Source of the DNA: an uncultured Gemmatimonadales bacterium
GTDB taxonomy: Bacteria; Gemmatimonadota; Gemmatimonadetes; Longimicrobiales; RSA9
Direction: 5' to 3'
NCBI GenBank assembly: GCA_963816355.1
Contig: CAWFKH010000006.1
Coordinates: 474,035-538,034 of the forward strand
DNA: 64,000 nt
The notes beneath the pieces were generated by a model. The model made no database searches. It was not told where the DNA came from and worked only from the letters and a program-made list of their open reading frames with translations. The position numbers were made by a program, and so were the translations under genes. Positions 41,952 through 53,441 of the stretch are shown here, piece by piece (within the stretch, counting starts at the first letter, position 1; every line of letters begins with the position of its first letter).

Positions 41952-42920
41952 TCATTCCGCGTCGCCGCCCTTCCACCGGCCCATCGCCTCGAACTTCGCC
42001 CAGCGCGCTTCCCGCCTCGCCTCGACCTCCATCCCCGCCACCTCGCCGACGTGGCGCCGCAGCGCCTCGCCGAGCCGGTCCGCAGCGGCGTCCCAGTCGG
42101 TGTGCGCGCCGCCGAGCGGCTCCGGGACGACGTCGTCGATGACGCCGAGCGCCTGCAGGTCCGGCGCCGTGATCCGCAGCGCGTTCGCCGCCTTCTCCTT
42201 CGCCTCCGCGGTCTTCCACAGGATCGCGGCGCAACCCTCCGGCGAGATCACGCTGTAGACTGCGTTCTCCATCATCAGCACGCGGTCGGCGACGCCGAGC
42301 GCGAGCGCGCCGCCGCTGCCGCCCTCGCCGATCACGACCGCGACGATGCCGGTACGGAGCGCCGCCATCTCGCGCAGGTTGCGGGCGATCGCCTCCGCCT
42401 GCCCGCGCTCCTCCGCGCCGATGCCCGGGTAGGCGCCCATCGTGTCGATCAGGGTCACGACCGGGCGGCCGAACTTCTCCGCGAGCTTCATCAACCGGAG
42501 CGCCTTGCGATACCCCTCCGGGTGCGGCATGCCGAAGTAGCGGACGAGGTTCTCCTTCGTGTCGCGCCCCTTCTGATGGCCGATCACCATCACCGACTCC
42601 CCGTCGAGGCGCGCCCAGCCGCCCACGATCGCCGCGTCGTCCCGGAAAAGGCGGTCGCCGTGCAACTCGACGAAGTCCGTGAAGATGCGCTCAATGTAGT
42701 CGAGCGTGTACGGGCGCCGCGGGTGACGCGCCAACTGCACTCGCTCCACCGGGACGAGGTTGCGGAACGTCTCGGTCTTCAGCTCCTGCAGCTTGTTCTC
42801 GAGCGTGCGAAGCTCGCCGCCGACATCCAGCCCGCTCTGCTCCGCCAGCTCGTGCAGCCGCTCGATCTGCTGCTCGATCTCGACGATGTCCCGCTCGAAC
42901 TCCAGTCGAGCCGTGCTCAT
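41952..42920 (-). CDS. accA: Acetyl-CoA carboxylase carboxyltransferase alpha
   Basis: [45 protein letters not shown]. Confidence 0.95.
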   Translation of the reverse strand: MSTARLEFERDIVEIEQQIERLHELAEQSGLDVGGELRTLENKLQELKTETFRNLVPVERVQLARHPRRPYTLDYIERIFTDFVELHGDRLFRDDAAIVGGWARLDGESVMVIGHQKGRDTKENLVRYFGMPHPEGYRKALRLMKLAEKFGRPVVTLIDTMGAYPGIGAEERGQAEAIARNLREMAALRTGIVAVVIGEGGSGGALALGVADRVLMMENAVYSVISPEGCAAILWKTAEAKEKAANALRITAPDLQALGVIDDVVPEPLGGAHTDWDAAADRLGEALRRHVGEVAGMEVEARREARWAKFEAMGRWKGGDAE

Positions 42921-42930
42921 TCGCATCTCC

Positions 42931-45900
42931 TCATCCCCGGGTCAGGACCACGCGCTCCGCGCCCAGGATCGCGCGCAGCCCCCCCATCAGCGTTTCGTCC
43001 GGGCTCACCCGGATCGAGCGCGAGCGCAGCCGCGTCGGCCGCCGGCCGCCGCCCTCGCCATTGCCGCCGTTGCCCTCGCCGTTGCCGCCGCCCTCGCCGA
43101 CGCCAATGCCGCCCTCGCCGCCGTCGCCGTTGGCGGCGCCGTTCGGCGCGGCGACGAGGCCTGCATTCCCGTTGCCGTGGGCGTGCCGATCACCATTCCC
43201 CGCGGGCGGGCCGCTCCAGCGCACGCAGAGCGGCGCCGCGCCGGGGTGCTCCCTCAGCAGGCGCGTGGCGGCGGCGATCGCGTCGTCTTCGAGCGCGCTC
43301 CCGCCCAGATCGAGCTCCAGCGCGAGAACGCCGCTGGAGCGGACCGCCGCGAGAGCCAACGCCTCCTGCAGCCGGATCGGCGGGTCCGCCTCGTCGCGCT
43401 CGCGGCCGGAGACGACGCCCCGGACCAGCACCGGGGCGTCCTGCAGCAGCACCTCGCGCGCCGCCTCCCATGCTTCGCCGAAGCAGAGGAGGGTCGCCGT
43501 GCCGTGGTAGTCCTCGACCGTGACGCGGCCGTATTCGGCGCCGTCGCGCTTGCCGAAGAGGCGGCTGACCTGCGTCACCACGCACGCCAGTTCGACGCGC
43601 TGATCGCGCCGCTCGCCCAGCGTGGCCGTGTTCACATCGCCGTAGGCGCGCAGCACGTCGCGGTGCTTGTCGAGCGGGTGGCCGCTGATGAAGAAGCCGA
43701 GCGCCTCCTTCTCACGGGCGAGGCGCTCGCCCTCGCTCCAGCGCGGGATGTCCGGGAGCTGCGGCTCGGGACGCGACGGCGCGTCCTCGCCGGCCGCTGC
43801 GCCGCCGCCCATCGCGTCGAAGAGCGAGTGCTGGCCCGCCTCGCGCTCCTCGTTGCGGAGCTGCGCCTCGCCCATCGCCGCCTCCAGCCCCGCCATCAGC
43901 CGGGAGCGGTAGCCGAAGCCGTCCAGCGCGCCGCCCTGGATCAGCGCCTCGAGCGCGCGCTTGCCGGCGGTGCGCAGGTCGATCCGCTCGGCGAAGTGGA
44001 AGAGCGAGTCGAAGGGACCTTCCGCCTCGCGCGCGGCGAGGATCGAGCCGACGGCGGCTTCACCGAGGCCGCGCACCGCGCCCAGCCCGAAGCGGATTTG
44101 GGTGTCGGAGACCGGCGTGAACTTCCACTCGGACTCGTTCACGTCCGGCGGCAGCACTTCGAGGCCGTCGGGCCGCTCCGGGATGTGGCGCGACAGCTCG
44201 CGGCACTCGCCGATATACTTCACGACGTCCTCCGTTTTGTCCACCACGGAGGAGAGCAGCGCGGCCATGAATTCCGCCGGGTAGTTGCGCTTCAGCCACG
44301 CGGTCTGGTACGACAGCAGCGCGTAGGCGACGGAGTGGGATCGATTGAAGCCGTAGCGGCCGAACGTCTCGATCTGCTCGGCGAGCTTGCCGGCGACCGC
44401 GGGCTCGACGCCGCGCTCGACGGCGCGCTCGCGGAACTTCTCCAGTTCCTTCTGGATCAGCTCCGCGTCCTTCTTCCCCACCGCTTTGCGCAGCACGTCG
44501 GCCTCGGCGAGCGTGAAGCCCGCGAGGACCTGCGCGATGCGCATCACCTGCTCCTGGTAGGTGATCACGCCGTACGTCGGCTCGAGCACGTCCGCGACCG
44601 CGGGGTGCGGATAGGTGACCCGCTCGCGGCCGAGCTTGCGCTGGATGAAGACGTCCGTCATGCCGGTGTCGAGCGGGCCCGGGCGGATGAGCGCGTTCAG
44701 GGCGACGAGGTCCTCGAAGCGGTCACTGCGCATGGCGCGCAGCTTGTCCGTCGCGAGCGACGACTCGAACTGGAAGACGCCCATCGTGCCGCCGCGCGCG
44801 AGCATCTCGTAGACGCCCGCGTCGTCGAGCGGCACGTCCTCGATGCGGGCGTACTCCGCGCCGCCGCCGGGGTGCCGCAGCGCGCCGTGGCGGCGGCGGA
44901 TCCACGCCACCGCGTCGTGGATGACCGTGAGCGTCTTCAGGCCGAGGAAGTCCATCTTCAGCATCCCGGCCTGCTCGAGCGCGTTCATGTCCCACTGCGT
45001 GACGAGCGTCGTCTCCTCGCCGCCCGCCGAGCCGGAGCCGCGCGTCGACTGCGTGCACACGGGGACGTACTCGTCGATGGGGCCGGGCGCGATCACGATC
45101 CCCGCGGCGTGTACGCTCGCGTGCCGCGAGAGCCCCTCGAGCACCGTGGCGTACTCGACGAGCTGCGCGACCCGCGCCTCGGAGCGGATCGCCTCGCGCA
45201 GCTCGCCGATCCGATCCGCCGCTTCGGCGACTGTCAGCGCGTAGTTCGGCGCGTTCGGGATCAGCTTTGCCAGGCGGTCCGTCTCGGCGGGGAGGAAGCC
45301 GAGCACGCGCCCCACGTCCCGGATCACGGCGCGCGACTTCATGGTGCCGAACGTGATGATCTGGCCGACCGCCTCCCGGCCGTACTTCTCGCGGACGTAC
45401 TCGATCACCTCGCCGCGCCGCTCGTAGCAGAAGTCGATGTCGATGTCCGGCATCGAGATGCGGTCCGGGTTCAGGAAGCGTTCGAACAGCAGGTCGAAGC
45501 GCAGCGGGTCGACGCCCGTGATGCCGACCGCGTACGCGACGAGCGATCCCGCGGCCGAGCCGCGTCCCGGCCCCACCGGGATGCCGCGCGCCTTCGCCCA
45601 GTTGATGAAGTCCTGCGTGATCAGGAAATAGCCGGAGTAGTCGGCGCGCGGGTCGGTGATCACGCCCAGCTCGTACTCCAGCCGATCGCGCACCACCTCC
45701 GGCAGCGGATCGCCGTAGAGGCGGCGCGCGCCCGCCTCCGCCAGGTGCCGCAGCAGCGTGGGCTCGTCGGAGAAGCCATCCGGCAGCGGGAACGTCGGCA
45801 CGTGGTACTTGCGCTCGATCGAGAGCGCGACCTCGTCCGCGACGCGCAGCGTGTTCTCGAGCACGTCCGCGCGGTCCGGGAAGAAGTCGGCGATCTCCGT

Positions 45901-46656
45901 CGGGCTCTTGAAGTAGAGGCCGCGGTCGTAGCGCATGCGGTTCGTGTCCTCGCGGTCCTTGCCGAGGCCGATGCAGAGCAGGACGTCGTGTGCGTCGTGG
46001 TCCTCCGCGCGCAGGAAGTGCGCGTCGTTCGTGGCGACGACCGGCAGCCCCAGCTCCTCCGCGAGCGAGAACACCTTCGCGTTCAGCTCGCGCTGGCCGG
46101 GCGTGTCGTGCGCCTGCACCTCGAGGTAGTAGCGGCCGTCGAATACGTTCGCGTACCACGACGCCGCCTCGCGCGCCTCGTCGTCCCGCCCCGCGCTCAG
46201 GTGCCGCGCCACCTCGCCCGCCATGCACGCCGAGCTGACGACGACGCCGCCCGCGTGGCGCTGCAGCGTCTCGCGATCGACGCGGGGCCGGATGTAGAAG
46301 CCCTCGCGGTAGCCGATCGAGGTCAGCTTCACGAGGTTGCGGTACCCCTCCAGGTCGCGCGCCAGCAGGACGAGGTGGTAGTACGGGTGCTCCGCGTCGC
46401 GCCCCTCACGCCCCGCCGGCCGCTGCCGCTCCCGGCGGTCGCCCGGCGCGACGTACGCCTCCATGCCCACGATCGGCTTGATCCCCGCCTTCGCCGCCTG
46501 GTTGAGGAACTGCCACGCACCGAACATGCAGCCGTGGTCGGTCAGCGCGAGCGCCGGCATCTCCAGCTCCTGGGCGCGGCGGATCAGGTCCGGAATCCGG
46601 TTCGCGCCGTCGAGGAGCGAGTACTCGCTGTGCGTGTGCAGATGGACGAAGGACAT
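42931..46656 (-). CDS. dnaE: DNA polymerase III alpha subunit
   Basis: [50 protein letters not shown] fold. Confidence 0.96.
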   Translation of the reverse strand: MSFVHLHTHSEYSLLDGANRIPDLIRRAQELEMPALALTDHGCMFGAWQFLNQAAKAGIKPIVGMEAYVAPGDRRERQRPAGREGRDAEHPYYHLVLLARDLEGYRNLVKLTSIGYREGFYIRPRVDRETLQRHAGGVVVSSACMAGEVARHLSAGRDDEAREAASWYANVFDGRYYLEVQAHDTPGQRELNAKVFSLAEELGLPVVATNDAHFLRAEDHDAHDVLLCIGLGKDREDTNRMRYDRGLYFKSPTEIADFFPDRADVLENTLRVADEVALSIERKYHVPTFPLPDGFSDEPTLLRHLAEAGARRLYGDPLPEVVRDRLEYELGVITDPRADYSGYFLITQDFINWAKARGIPVGPGRGSAAGSLVAYAVGITGVDPLRFDLLFERFLNPDRISMPDIDIDFCYERRGEVIEYVREKYGREAVGQIITFGTMKSRAVIRDVGRVLGFLPAETDRLAKLIPNAPNYALTVAEAADRIGELREAIRSEARVAQLVEYATVLEGLSRHASVHAAGIVIAPGPIDEYVPVCTQSTRGSGSAGGEETTLVTQWDMNALEQAGMLKMDFLGLKTLTVIHDAVAWIRRRHGALRHPGGGAEYARIEDVPLDDAGVYEMLARGGTMGVFQFESSLATDKLRAMRSDRFEDLVALNALIRPGPLDTGMTDVFIQRKLGRERVTYPHPAVADVLEPTYGVITYQEQVMRIAQVLAGFTLAEADVLRKAVGKKDAELIQKELEKFRERAVERGVEPAVAGKLAEQIETFGRYGFNRSHSVAYALLSYQTAWLKRNYPAEFMAALLSSVVDKTEDVVKYIGECRELSRHIPERPDGLEVLPPDVNESEWKFTPVSDTQIRFGLGAVRGLGEAAVGSILAAREAEGPFDSLFHFAERIDLRTAGKRALEALIQGGALDGFGYRSRLMAGLEAAMGEAQLRNEEREAGQHSLFDAMGGGAAAGEDAPSRPEPQLPDIPRWSEGERLAREKEALGFFISGHPLDKHRDVLRAYGDVNTATLGERRDQRVELACVVTQVSRLFGKRDGAEYGRVTVEDYHGTATLLCFGEAWEAAREVLLQDAPVLVRGVVSGRERDEADPPIRLQEALALAAVRSSGVLALELDLGGSALEDDAIAAATRLLREHPGAAPLCVRWSGPPAGNGDRHAHGNGNAGLVAAPNGAANGDGGEGGIGVGEGGGNGEGNGGNGEGGGRRPTRLRSRSIRVSPDETLMGGLRAILGAERVVLTRG

Positions 46657-46738
46657 GCGTCTCCCGTTCCGGGCGGCGGGCCGCGCAGGGCGCGACCCGC
46701 GGGTGCTTCGAGTCTTCAGCCGCCGCGTCGGCGGCCGG

Positions 46739-47740
46739 CTACGGCCTGCACTTGAACGTGCCGAGGATCGCGTGCAGTTGGAGCATGTACTCGTACTTGT
46801 CGCTGGTGGGCGCGTACAGCCACGCGTCGATCAGATACGTACGGTCCTGCCGCGGGCACGGCACGACGTGGTCCACGAACGGGCCGCCCGCCGGCATCAA
46901 GCCGCGCGGCGTCTCCCACACGCCCGACACCTCCATCACCGGCCCCGCCTCCGTCCGCACGGTACGCGTGCTCGCGTTCGGCCGCACCGTCACCTGCGGG
47001 CGCGGGTAGTGCCGCGCCGCCACCGAGTCGCGCCACTCCAGCACGTCCTCCGAGGAGAGAGCCGGCGTGCCGGGCCGCGAGGCGACGGTGATCGTCCGGT
47101 ACAGCTCCTTCGGCGTCGCGATGCTGTTCGTGAAGACCCACGCGTCGTCCTCGTGCGCGTGGCGGTACACCTTGGGCAGCGTGAGCGAGAAGCCGGCGAA
47201 CGCCGCGAGCGAGTCCGCCAGGTCGCTGTCGACGCCGCTCATGAACATCCGGCGCGCCACGTAATCGCGGTAGCGCGCGTCGATCTTCCCGTACAGCTCC
47301 GGCAGCAGCTTCTCGACCGCCGCCGCGTAGTCGTGGTCCGGCAGCAGCAGGGCGGTGACCACCTGCTGGTTCGCCCACACGTCGTGCGCGTCGACGAGGG
47401 CGGGCGGCTGCGGGAGGGGCCCCTGCGCCTTCTCCAGCACCGGCCGCACCCAGCCGCTCTCCGGCAGCCCGATCACGACCACCTGCCGGAACAGCCGCAT
47501 CTGGTCCCAGCTCGGCGCCGCCGGCGAGACCTGCGTCACGCGGAACGCCTTCTCGGCGCGCACCGTGAAGATGCGCGGCTGCAGCGCCCGCTCGACCGTG
47601 TCCGCCACCTGCTGCCACAGCTCGTCCGGCGTCACCACGATGATCGCGTTCGCGTCGCCGTAGGACACCGGCGCGCGGGGGACACCGCAGGCACTGACGA
47701 GACACGCCGCCAGGACGGCGCTGGGGAGCGCGGCTTTCAT
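46739..47740 (-). CDS. Lipoprotein, DUF4837-like
   Basis: Lipobox VSAC; DVWANQQ, GVW...GGPFV, YAPTSDK motifs. Confidence 0.65.
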   Translation of the reverse strand: MKAALPSAVLAACLVSACGVPRAPVSYGDANAIIVVTPDELWQQVADTVERALQPRIFTVRAEKAFRVTQVSPAAPSWDQMRLFRQVVVIGLPESGWVRPVLEKAQGPLPQPPALVDAHDVWANQQVVTALLLPDHDYAAAVEKLLPELYGKIDARYRDYVARRMFMSGVDSDLADSLAAFAGFSLTLPKVYRHAHEDDAWVFTNSIATPKELYRTITVASRPGTPALSSEDVLEWRDSVAARHYPRPQVTVRPNASTRTVRTEAGPVMEVSGVWETPRGLMPAGGPFVDHVVPCPRQDRTYLIDAWLYAPTSDKYEYMLQLHAILGTFKCRP

Positions 47741-47875
47741 CGAATGGCGTGGAGGTGTGAGGAAACGTACGACCGAAGGTAACCGCGCGCGTCGAGCGGC
47801 GGCAACTTGTCGCGCGAGCCCCGCGGCGGCTACTCTGGAGCCGTCGCTGCACTCGTTTCCTCCTACCCCGGTACC

Positions 47876-48697
47876 GTGACGCTGCCCCACGCGACGACGA
47901 GGCTCGAGGACTGGATCGCCGCCCGCCGCGCCGCCGGGATCTTCGTCCTCGCCCTCGACTTCGACGGCACCCTCTCGCCGATCGTGCCGCGGCCCGAGGA
48001 CGCCGCGCTGCTGCCCGCCGCCCGCGAGCCGCTGCGCCGCCTGTGCGCGCGAGACGACACCCGCGTCGCCATCGTGAGCGGCCGCGGCCTCGCCGACGTA
48101 CGCCACCGCGTCGCGCTCGACGACGCCTATTACGCCGGCAACCACGGCATGGAGATCGACGGGCCCGGCGTCCACCGCGTCCACGCCGCCGCCGCCGCCC
48201 GCCGGCCCGCCCTTGAGACGTGCGCCGCCGCGCTCGCCGAGCGGCTGCGCCCCTTCGACGGCGTGCAGATTGAGGACAAGGGCCTCACGCTCAGCGTCCA
48301 CTACCGCCGCGCCGCCGCGCCCAACGCCGAAGCCGCCGTCCTCGCCGCCGTCGAGGAGTCGTGCGACCGCGCCGCCGGCCTGCGCGCCACGCGCGGCAAG
48401 CGCGTCGTCGAAGTGCGCCCCGACGTGCCCTGGGACAAGGGCCGCGCCACCCGCTTCCTCTTCGACTCCCTGCGCGGCGCGGGCGCGCCCCCCGTCCCCG
48501 GCATCTTCGTCGGCGACGACCGCACCGACGAGGACGCCTTCCGCGCGCTCCTCGGAGGCGACGCCAGCGCGCCCGCGCCGCTGCGTGACGCCGTCGTCGT
48601 CGCCGACGCTCCGCCCGCCCGCACCGCAGCCACCTGCTGGGTCCGCTCGCCGGAGGAGGTCGCGGCGCTGCTGCAGCGGCTCGCCGGCGCGCCGTGA
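47876..48697 (+). CDS. otsB: Trehalose-6-phosphate phosphatase
   Basis: LDFDGTLSPIV, VSGR, GNHGME, SVHYR, WDKG, GDDRTDEDAF. Confidence 0.9.
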   Translation: MTLPHATTRLEDWIAARRAAGIFVLALDFDGTLSPIVPRPEDAALLPAAREPLRRLCARDDTRVAIVSGRGLADVRHRVALDDAYYAGNHGMEIDGPGVHRVHAAAAARRPALETCAAALAERLRPFDGVQIEDKGLTLSVHYRRAAAPNAEAAVLAAVEESCDRAAGLRATRGKRVVEVRPDVPWDKGRATRFLFDSLRGAGAPPVPGIFVGDDRTDEDAFRALLGGDASAPAPLRDAVVVADAPPARTAATCWVRSPEEVAALLQRLAGAP

Positions 48698-50004
48698 TCG
48701 CGATCGGCGCCGTGCGCCTGCTCACGCTCGCCGCGCTCGTGGGCCTCGGGCTCCTGCTGCGCGCCGTCGCCGCGCCCTTCCACCCCGGCGCGCTCGCCGC
48801 GATGCTCCTCGGCTTCACCCTGCTCACCGCGTACGTGGCGGGCGACGTGGCCGCGAGCGTGCGCCTGCCGCGAGTCACCGGCTACGTCCTCGCCGGCATC
48901 CTCGTCGGCCCGTTCGTGTTGGGCGTCCTCACCCCCGCGGCCGTCGAGTCGCTGCGCACGATCGACGAGATCGCGCTGGCCCTGATCGCGCTCACCGCGG
49001 GCGGCGAGCTGCGCGTCGACAAGCTGCGGGGCGAGATCCGCTCCATCGTCGGCCTCTCGCTCGGCGTGATGGCGGTCGTCGCGGTGGGCATCTTCCTGCT
49101 CGTTCTCGCGGCACGCCCGCTCGTCCCGTTCCTCGCCGGGCGTCCTCTCGGCGTCGCCGTCGCCGCCGCGCTCCTGCTCGGGATCTGGTGCGCCAACTCC
49201 TCGCCCGACGCGACGATCGCCGTCATCAACGAGGCAGGCGCGCGCGGCGAGCTGACCGACACCATCGTCGGCGTGACGATCTTCAAGGACGTCCTCGTCA
49301 TCATCGCGTTCGCCGCGATGCTCTCGCTCGCGCACCCGCTCGTCGAGCCGAGCGCCGGCCTCGATCTTTCGTTGCTCGCCGCGATCGCGTGGGAGGTGCT
49401 CGGCGCGCTCGCGGTCGGCGCCGCCGCCGGCTTCGGCTTCGGCTACTACCTGCAGCGCGTCGGCGCCCGCAGCGTGCTGGCGACGCTCGCCTTCGCGTAC
49501 CTGCTGACGCTGCTCGCCGCGCTGCTGCACGTCGAGCTGCTGCTCGCGGCGGTCGCGGCCGGCTTCGTCATCGAGAACGGGTCGCGCGCCGGCGACGAGC
49601 TGATCGACGCCGTGGAGAGCAACGCGCTCGTCGTCTTCGCGATCTTCTTCGCGTTGGCGGGGGCGATCCTCGACCTGGGGGCGCTGCGGCGCTACTGGCT
49701 GCTGGCCCTCGCGCTGGTCGCGGCGCGCGCCACCCTGACCTGGGTGGGAACGCGCGTCGGCGCGCGCTTGGGCGGTTCGCCGCCGCGGGTGCGGGGCGTG
49801 GCGTGGATGGGGTTGATCTCGCAGGCGGGCGTGACGCTCGGGCTCTCGCTCCTGGTGGGCCGCGAGTTCCCGGGGTGGGGCGACGACTTCGTCGCGATCA
49901 CCACCGCCGTGATCGTCTTCCACCTGCTGCTGGGACCGGTGCTGCTGAAGCTGGCGCTCACGCGCGCCGGCGAAGCGGTCAGCGCACCAGCGTCGGCGCG
50001 CTGA
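48694..50004 (+). CDS. Cation:proton antiporter (CPA superfamily)
   Basis: About 12 hydrophobic helices, LPRVTGY, GGEL, QAGVTLGL. Confidence 0.8.
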   Translation: MIAIGAVRLLTLAALVGLGLLLRAVAAPFHPGALAAMLLGFTLLTAYVAGDVAASVRLPRVTGYVLAGILVGPFVLGVLTPAAVESLRTIDEIALALIALTAGGELRVDKLRGEIRSIVGLSLGVMAVVAVGIFLLVLAARPLVPFLAGRPLGVAVAAALLLGIWCANSSPDATIAVINEAGARGELTDTIVGVTIFKDVLVIIAFAAMLSLAHPLVEPSAGLDLSLLAAIAWEVLGALAVGAAAGFGFGYYLQRVGARSVLATLAFAYLLTLLAALLHVELLLAAVAAGFVIENGSRAGDELIDAVESNALVVFAIFFALAGAILDLGALRRYWLLALALVAARATLTWVGTRVGARLGGSPPRVRGVAWMGLISQAGVTLGLSLLVGREFPGWGDDFVAITTAVIVFHLLLGPVLLKLALTRAGEAVSAPASAR

Positions 50005-51418
50005 TGCCCTCCTGCCCCTTCCACCACTCGACCACGCCGGTCTCGAGATAGAGCCGCAGCAGGTCCGGCGGAGCCAGCGGCGTGCCCGACGTGAGCACCT
50101 CGTGGCCGTCGGCGGTGACCAGCACCGTGTCCTCGATGCGCAGCGGCGCGTCCGCCTCCGGCGCGTCGATGACCGAGGCGACGGTGAAGACGACGCCGGG
50201 CCGCAGCGGCCGCGTCGTCATCGCGTCCGGCGGCGCCGGATCCTCCGCCGCGAGGCCGGTGAAGTGGCCAATGTAGCCGTGCTCGGTGGCCCACGCGGCG
50301 GCCTGGTGAGCGCGGCCGCGCGCGACGCGCTGCGCGATTGCCAACAGCTGCCCCACCGTCACGCCCGGCTTGATCGCGGCGATCACGGAATCGTGCACGA
50401 GCCCCGCCGTCAGATAGAACGGCATCTGCGACTGGGTGAAGTTGCCGTCCGCGCCCCAGGTGCGGGCCACCACCGCGTCGTAGCCGTGGTAGTCGGCGGC
50501 GTTCTGCAGCCGCAGCAGGTCGCCCGCGTGGATCCGGCGGTCGAGACTCGTCGCCGCGTTCGCGAGGCCGCTCGACACGCGCGGCTCGGCGCCCGTGCGC
50601 TGCCCCATCTCGGCCTGCACGAACGCCGCGGCGGAAGCGATCTCCCACTCGTAGTAGCCGGGCCGCGTCGAGCGCACCGCCTCGTTCATGCCGAGCGCGG
50701 CGATCAGGCCGGCGCGCCGCTCGTACTCCTGCTCCAGCGCCGACTTCACCCAGCGCAGCTCGGCCAGCGGCGTGCCCACGTCCTCGATCCGCTTGTCGGG
50801 GAAGCGCGCGCGGATTGCGGCGGCGAGGCCGGTGCCGCGGCCGCTGGCGGGCAGCACTGGCTCGCCCCCGCCCGCGGCGGGCTGCTGCAGCCACACCGCT
50901 TCGGCGTTCGCCGCGACGCGGCCCACCCAATCCTGCAGCTCGGAGCGCGGGTGCACCGCGGCGATCCCGGTCCGGCGCGCCGCTTCCGGCCCCGGCGCTA
51001 GCTGCGCCGCCGGCATGCGCGCGAGTTCGGTCGTCGGCTGCGACAGGAAGAGGTGCGCCGTGTGGCTGCCCGCGTCCAGGATCAGCGCGGCGCCCGGCGT
51101 CTCCACGCCCGTCAGGTAGTAGAAGTCCGCGTCCTGGACGAACGGAGCGCCGTCGGGCGATCCCGCGCCCAGCAGCACCGCCACGCCGCCGCCCATCTTC
51201 GCCATCAGCGCGCTGCGCCGCGCCTCGAACTCCGAGGCGGGGAACGGATCGAGCGGCTCGAGCGCCTGCAGCGTGATCGCCACCGGCTCGCCCGGCGGCA
51301 GCCGCACTTCCGGCCGGCCCTCCCGCGAACGTTCCGGGCCGCCGCCCGAGGCGCACGACGCGACGAGGCTCGCCATCGCCAGTGCGACGAGGACGGTGGT
51401 GGTCCGGTACGCACGCAT
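49979..51418 (-). CDS. M24B aminopeptidase P-like lipoprotein, probably catalytically inactive
   Basis: AMP_N motif QDADFYYLTG, LRWVKS, RIEDTVLVT; lipobox VASC; metal ligands altered (see findings). Confidence 0.78.
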   Translation of the reverse strand: MRAYRTTTVLVALAMASLVASCASGGGPERSREGRPEVRLPPGEPVAITLQALEPLDPFPASEFEARRSALMAKMGGGVAVLLGAGSPDGAPFVQDADFYYLTGVETPGAALILDAGSHTAHLFLSQPTTELARMPAAQLAPGPEAARRTGIAAVHPRSELQDWVGRVAANAEAVWLQQPAAGGGEPVLPASGRGTGLAAAIRARFPDKRIEDVGTPLAELRWVKSALEQEYERRAGLIAALGMNEAVRSTRPGYYEWEIASAAAFVQAEMGQRTGAEPRVSSGLANAATSLDRRIHAGDLLRLQNAADYHGYDAVVARTWGADGNFTQSQMPFYLTAGLVHDSVIAAIKPGVTVGQLLAIAQRVARGRAHQAAAWATEHGYIGHFTGLAAEDPAPPDAMTTRPLRPGVVFTVASVIDAPEADAPLRIEDTVLVTADGHEVLTSGTPLAPPDLLRLYLETGVVEWWKGQEGISAPTLVR

Positions 51419-51596
51419 GAGCGCTCTCCTTGGTGCCGGGTCGCGCGGCGGCGGCACGGCGCGTGCCGCCCTGTATGCGCGAACGTGGGAAGATCGACGG
51501 GGTAGACGCCCGTCGCAAGACCCCATACTCTCCAGCGTGCGGCCGGGCGTCGGTACGCGCACGCTCCGGCCACTCGATTCCAGGGAGGCGCTCCAC

Positions 51597-52682
51597 ATGA
51601 CGCCGAGGAAGAGCCCGATCGCTTCCCCGGATTCCGCGCTCGGCTGCAGCATCGGGCCGGGCCCGTCCTGCCGTTGGCCGCCGCCCGGCGACGTCGAGGC
51701 CGCCGCCCACGGCCGCGGCCACGCGCATCCCTCCCGCAACGGCGCACCCGGTGGCGACGCCCACGCGCACACCCACGCGCACGGCGCCCACGCCCGCCAT
51801 GCCGGCAAGGGCGCGCTGAAGTGGGTGCTGGCGCTGCTCGCCGTCTTCCTCGTCGGCGAGGTCGCCGGCGGCATCGTCGCCCACTCGCTCGCGCTCCTCG
51901 CCGACGCCGGTCACATGCTCACCGACGTCGCCGCGGTCGGCTTCTCGCTCTTCGCGATCCGCTTCGCGCAGCGGCCCGCGACCGCGGAGAAGACCTACGG
52001 CTACCTGCGGCTGGAGATCATCGCCGCGCTGCTCAACGGCGCCACGCTGATCGTCATCTCGCTCTTCATCTTCATCGAGGGCTACCGCCGCATCCGCGCC
52101 CCGGGCGAGGTCCACGGCGCCCTGATGCTCGCCGTCGCCGCGGCCGGCCTGGCCGTCAACGTGGTCGCGGCGCTCCTGCTCCGGCGCTCCTCCGGCGAGT
52201 CGCTCAACGTGCGCGGCGCCTACCTCCACGTGCTCGGCGATCTGCTCGGCTTCGTCGGCACGATCGCGGCCGCCGTCGTGATCCTGCTCACCGGCTGGAC
52301 CGTGGCGGACCCGATCATCTCGATCGGCGTGGGCGTGCTGATCCTCGGCAGCGCCTGGAAGCTCGTGCGCGAGTCGGTCGAGGTGCTGCTCGAGGCGGTC
52401 CCCGCCCACATCGACCTCGGCGAGGTGCGGCGCGTCATCGACGACGTGCCGGGCGTCGAGGACGTCCACGATCTCCACGTGTGGACCGTCACCAGCGGCG
52501 TCGTCGCCATGAGCGGCCACGCCGTCGTCCACCAGCCCGGCGACCACCAGCTCGCGCTCGACGAGATCCACCAGCGCATGCGCGAGCGCTTCGGCATCGG
52601 ACACGTCACCTTCCAGCTCGAGCGCGACGCGATGTACGCGCGCGAGCACCCGAACGCTTCGACCCCGACTCGTGAGCCGTGA
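51597..52682 (+). CDS. Cation diffusion facilitator (CzcD/ZitB-like Zn/Co/Cd exporter)
   Basis: His-rich N-terminus, SLALLADAGHMLTD, TYGYLRLE, HVLGD, VHDLHVW. Confidence 0.92.
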   Translation: MTPRKSPIASPDSALGCSIGPGPSCRWPPPGDVEAAAHGRGHAHPSRNGAPGGDAHAHTHAHGAHARHAGKGALKWVLALLAVFLVGEVAGGIVAHSLALLADAGHMLTDVAAVGFSLFAIRFAQRPATAEKTYGYLRLEIIAALLNGATLIVISLFIFIEGYRRIRAPGEVHGALMLAVAAAGLAVNVVAALLLRRSSGESLNVRGAYLHVLGDLLGFVGTIAAAVVILLTGWTVADPIISIGVGVLILGSAWKLVRESVEVLLEAVPAHIDLGEVRRVIDDVPGVEDVHDLHVWTVTSGVVAMSGHAVVHQPGDHQLALDEIHQRMRERFGIGHVTFQLERDAMYAREHPNASTPTREP

Positions 52683-53437
52683 TGATCCTCGAAGGCAAGC
52701 GCATTCTCGTCACGGGCGTCCTCAACGACGCCTCCATCGCCTTCGCCGTCGCGCGCCTCGCCCAGGAGCAGGGCGCGGAGGTCGTGCTCACCTCCTTCGG
52801 CCGCGCGATGCGCCTCACTGAGCGCACGGCGCGCCGCCTGGAGACGGAGGCCAAGCTCGTCGAGCTCGACGTCACCGCACCCGCGGACCTCGACGCGCTC
52901 GCCGAGCGCGTCGGCGGCCGGATCGACGGCGTCGTCCACTCGATCGCCTTCGCCCCCGAGAGCTGCCTCGGCGGCGGCTTCCTTTCCGCGCCCTGGAACG
53001 ACGTCGCCACCGCGCTCCACATCTCCGCCTACTCGCTCAAGGCGCTCGCCACCGCCGCGCTGCCGCTCATGCAGGGTGGCGGCGCGATCGTCGGCCTCGA
53101 CTTCGACGCATCGCAGGCGTGGCCGGTCTACGACTGGATGGGCGTCGCCAAGGCCGCCCTCGAGTCCACCGCCCGCTACCTCGCCCGCGACCTCGGCCCC
53201 CGGCGCGTGCGCGTCAACCTCGTCGCCGCCGGGCCGATCCGCACCATCGCCGCCAAGAGCATCCCCGGCTTCGAACGCTTCGAGGACGCGTGGGCGGAGC
53301 GCGCGCCGCTCGGCTGGGACCTCCACGATGCCGAGCCCACGGCGCGCGCCTGCATCGCCCTCCTCTCCGACTGGTTCCCCGCCACCACCGGCGAGATCGT
53401 TCACGTCGACGGCGGCTTCCACGCGATCGGCGCCTGA
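52679..53437 (+). CDS. fabI: Enoyl-ACP reductase (InhA-type FabI)
   Basis: GKRILVTGV, SIAF, YDWMGVAK, AAGPIRT, TTGEIVHVDGG. Confidence 0.92.
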   Translation: MMILEGKRILVTGVLNDASIAFAVARLAQEQGAEVVLTSFGRAMRLTERTARRLETEAKLVELDVTAPADLDALAERVGGRIDGVVHSIAFAPESCLGGGFLSAPWNDVATALHISAYSLKALATAALPLMQGGGAIVGLDFDASQAWPVYDWMGVAKAALESTARYLARDLGPRRVRVNLVAAGPIRTIAAKSIPGFERFEDAWAERAPLGWDLHDAEPTARACIALLSDWFPATTGEIVHVDGGFHAIGA

Positions 53438-53441
53438 CGCC

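Noticed and set aside
42931..46656. Intein in dnaE (also checked gyrA and lhr)
   Set aside because: No C/S...HN splice motifs or LAGLIDADG blocks; the extra length is low-complexity loop sequence.
47876..48697. otsB without an adjacent otsA as a novel pathway
   Set aside because: otsA can lie elsewhere in the genome; this cannot be judged from one window.
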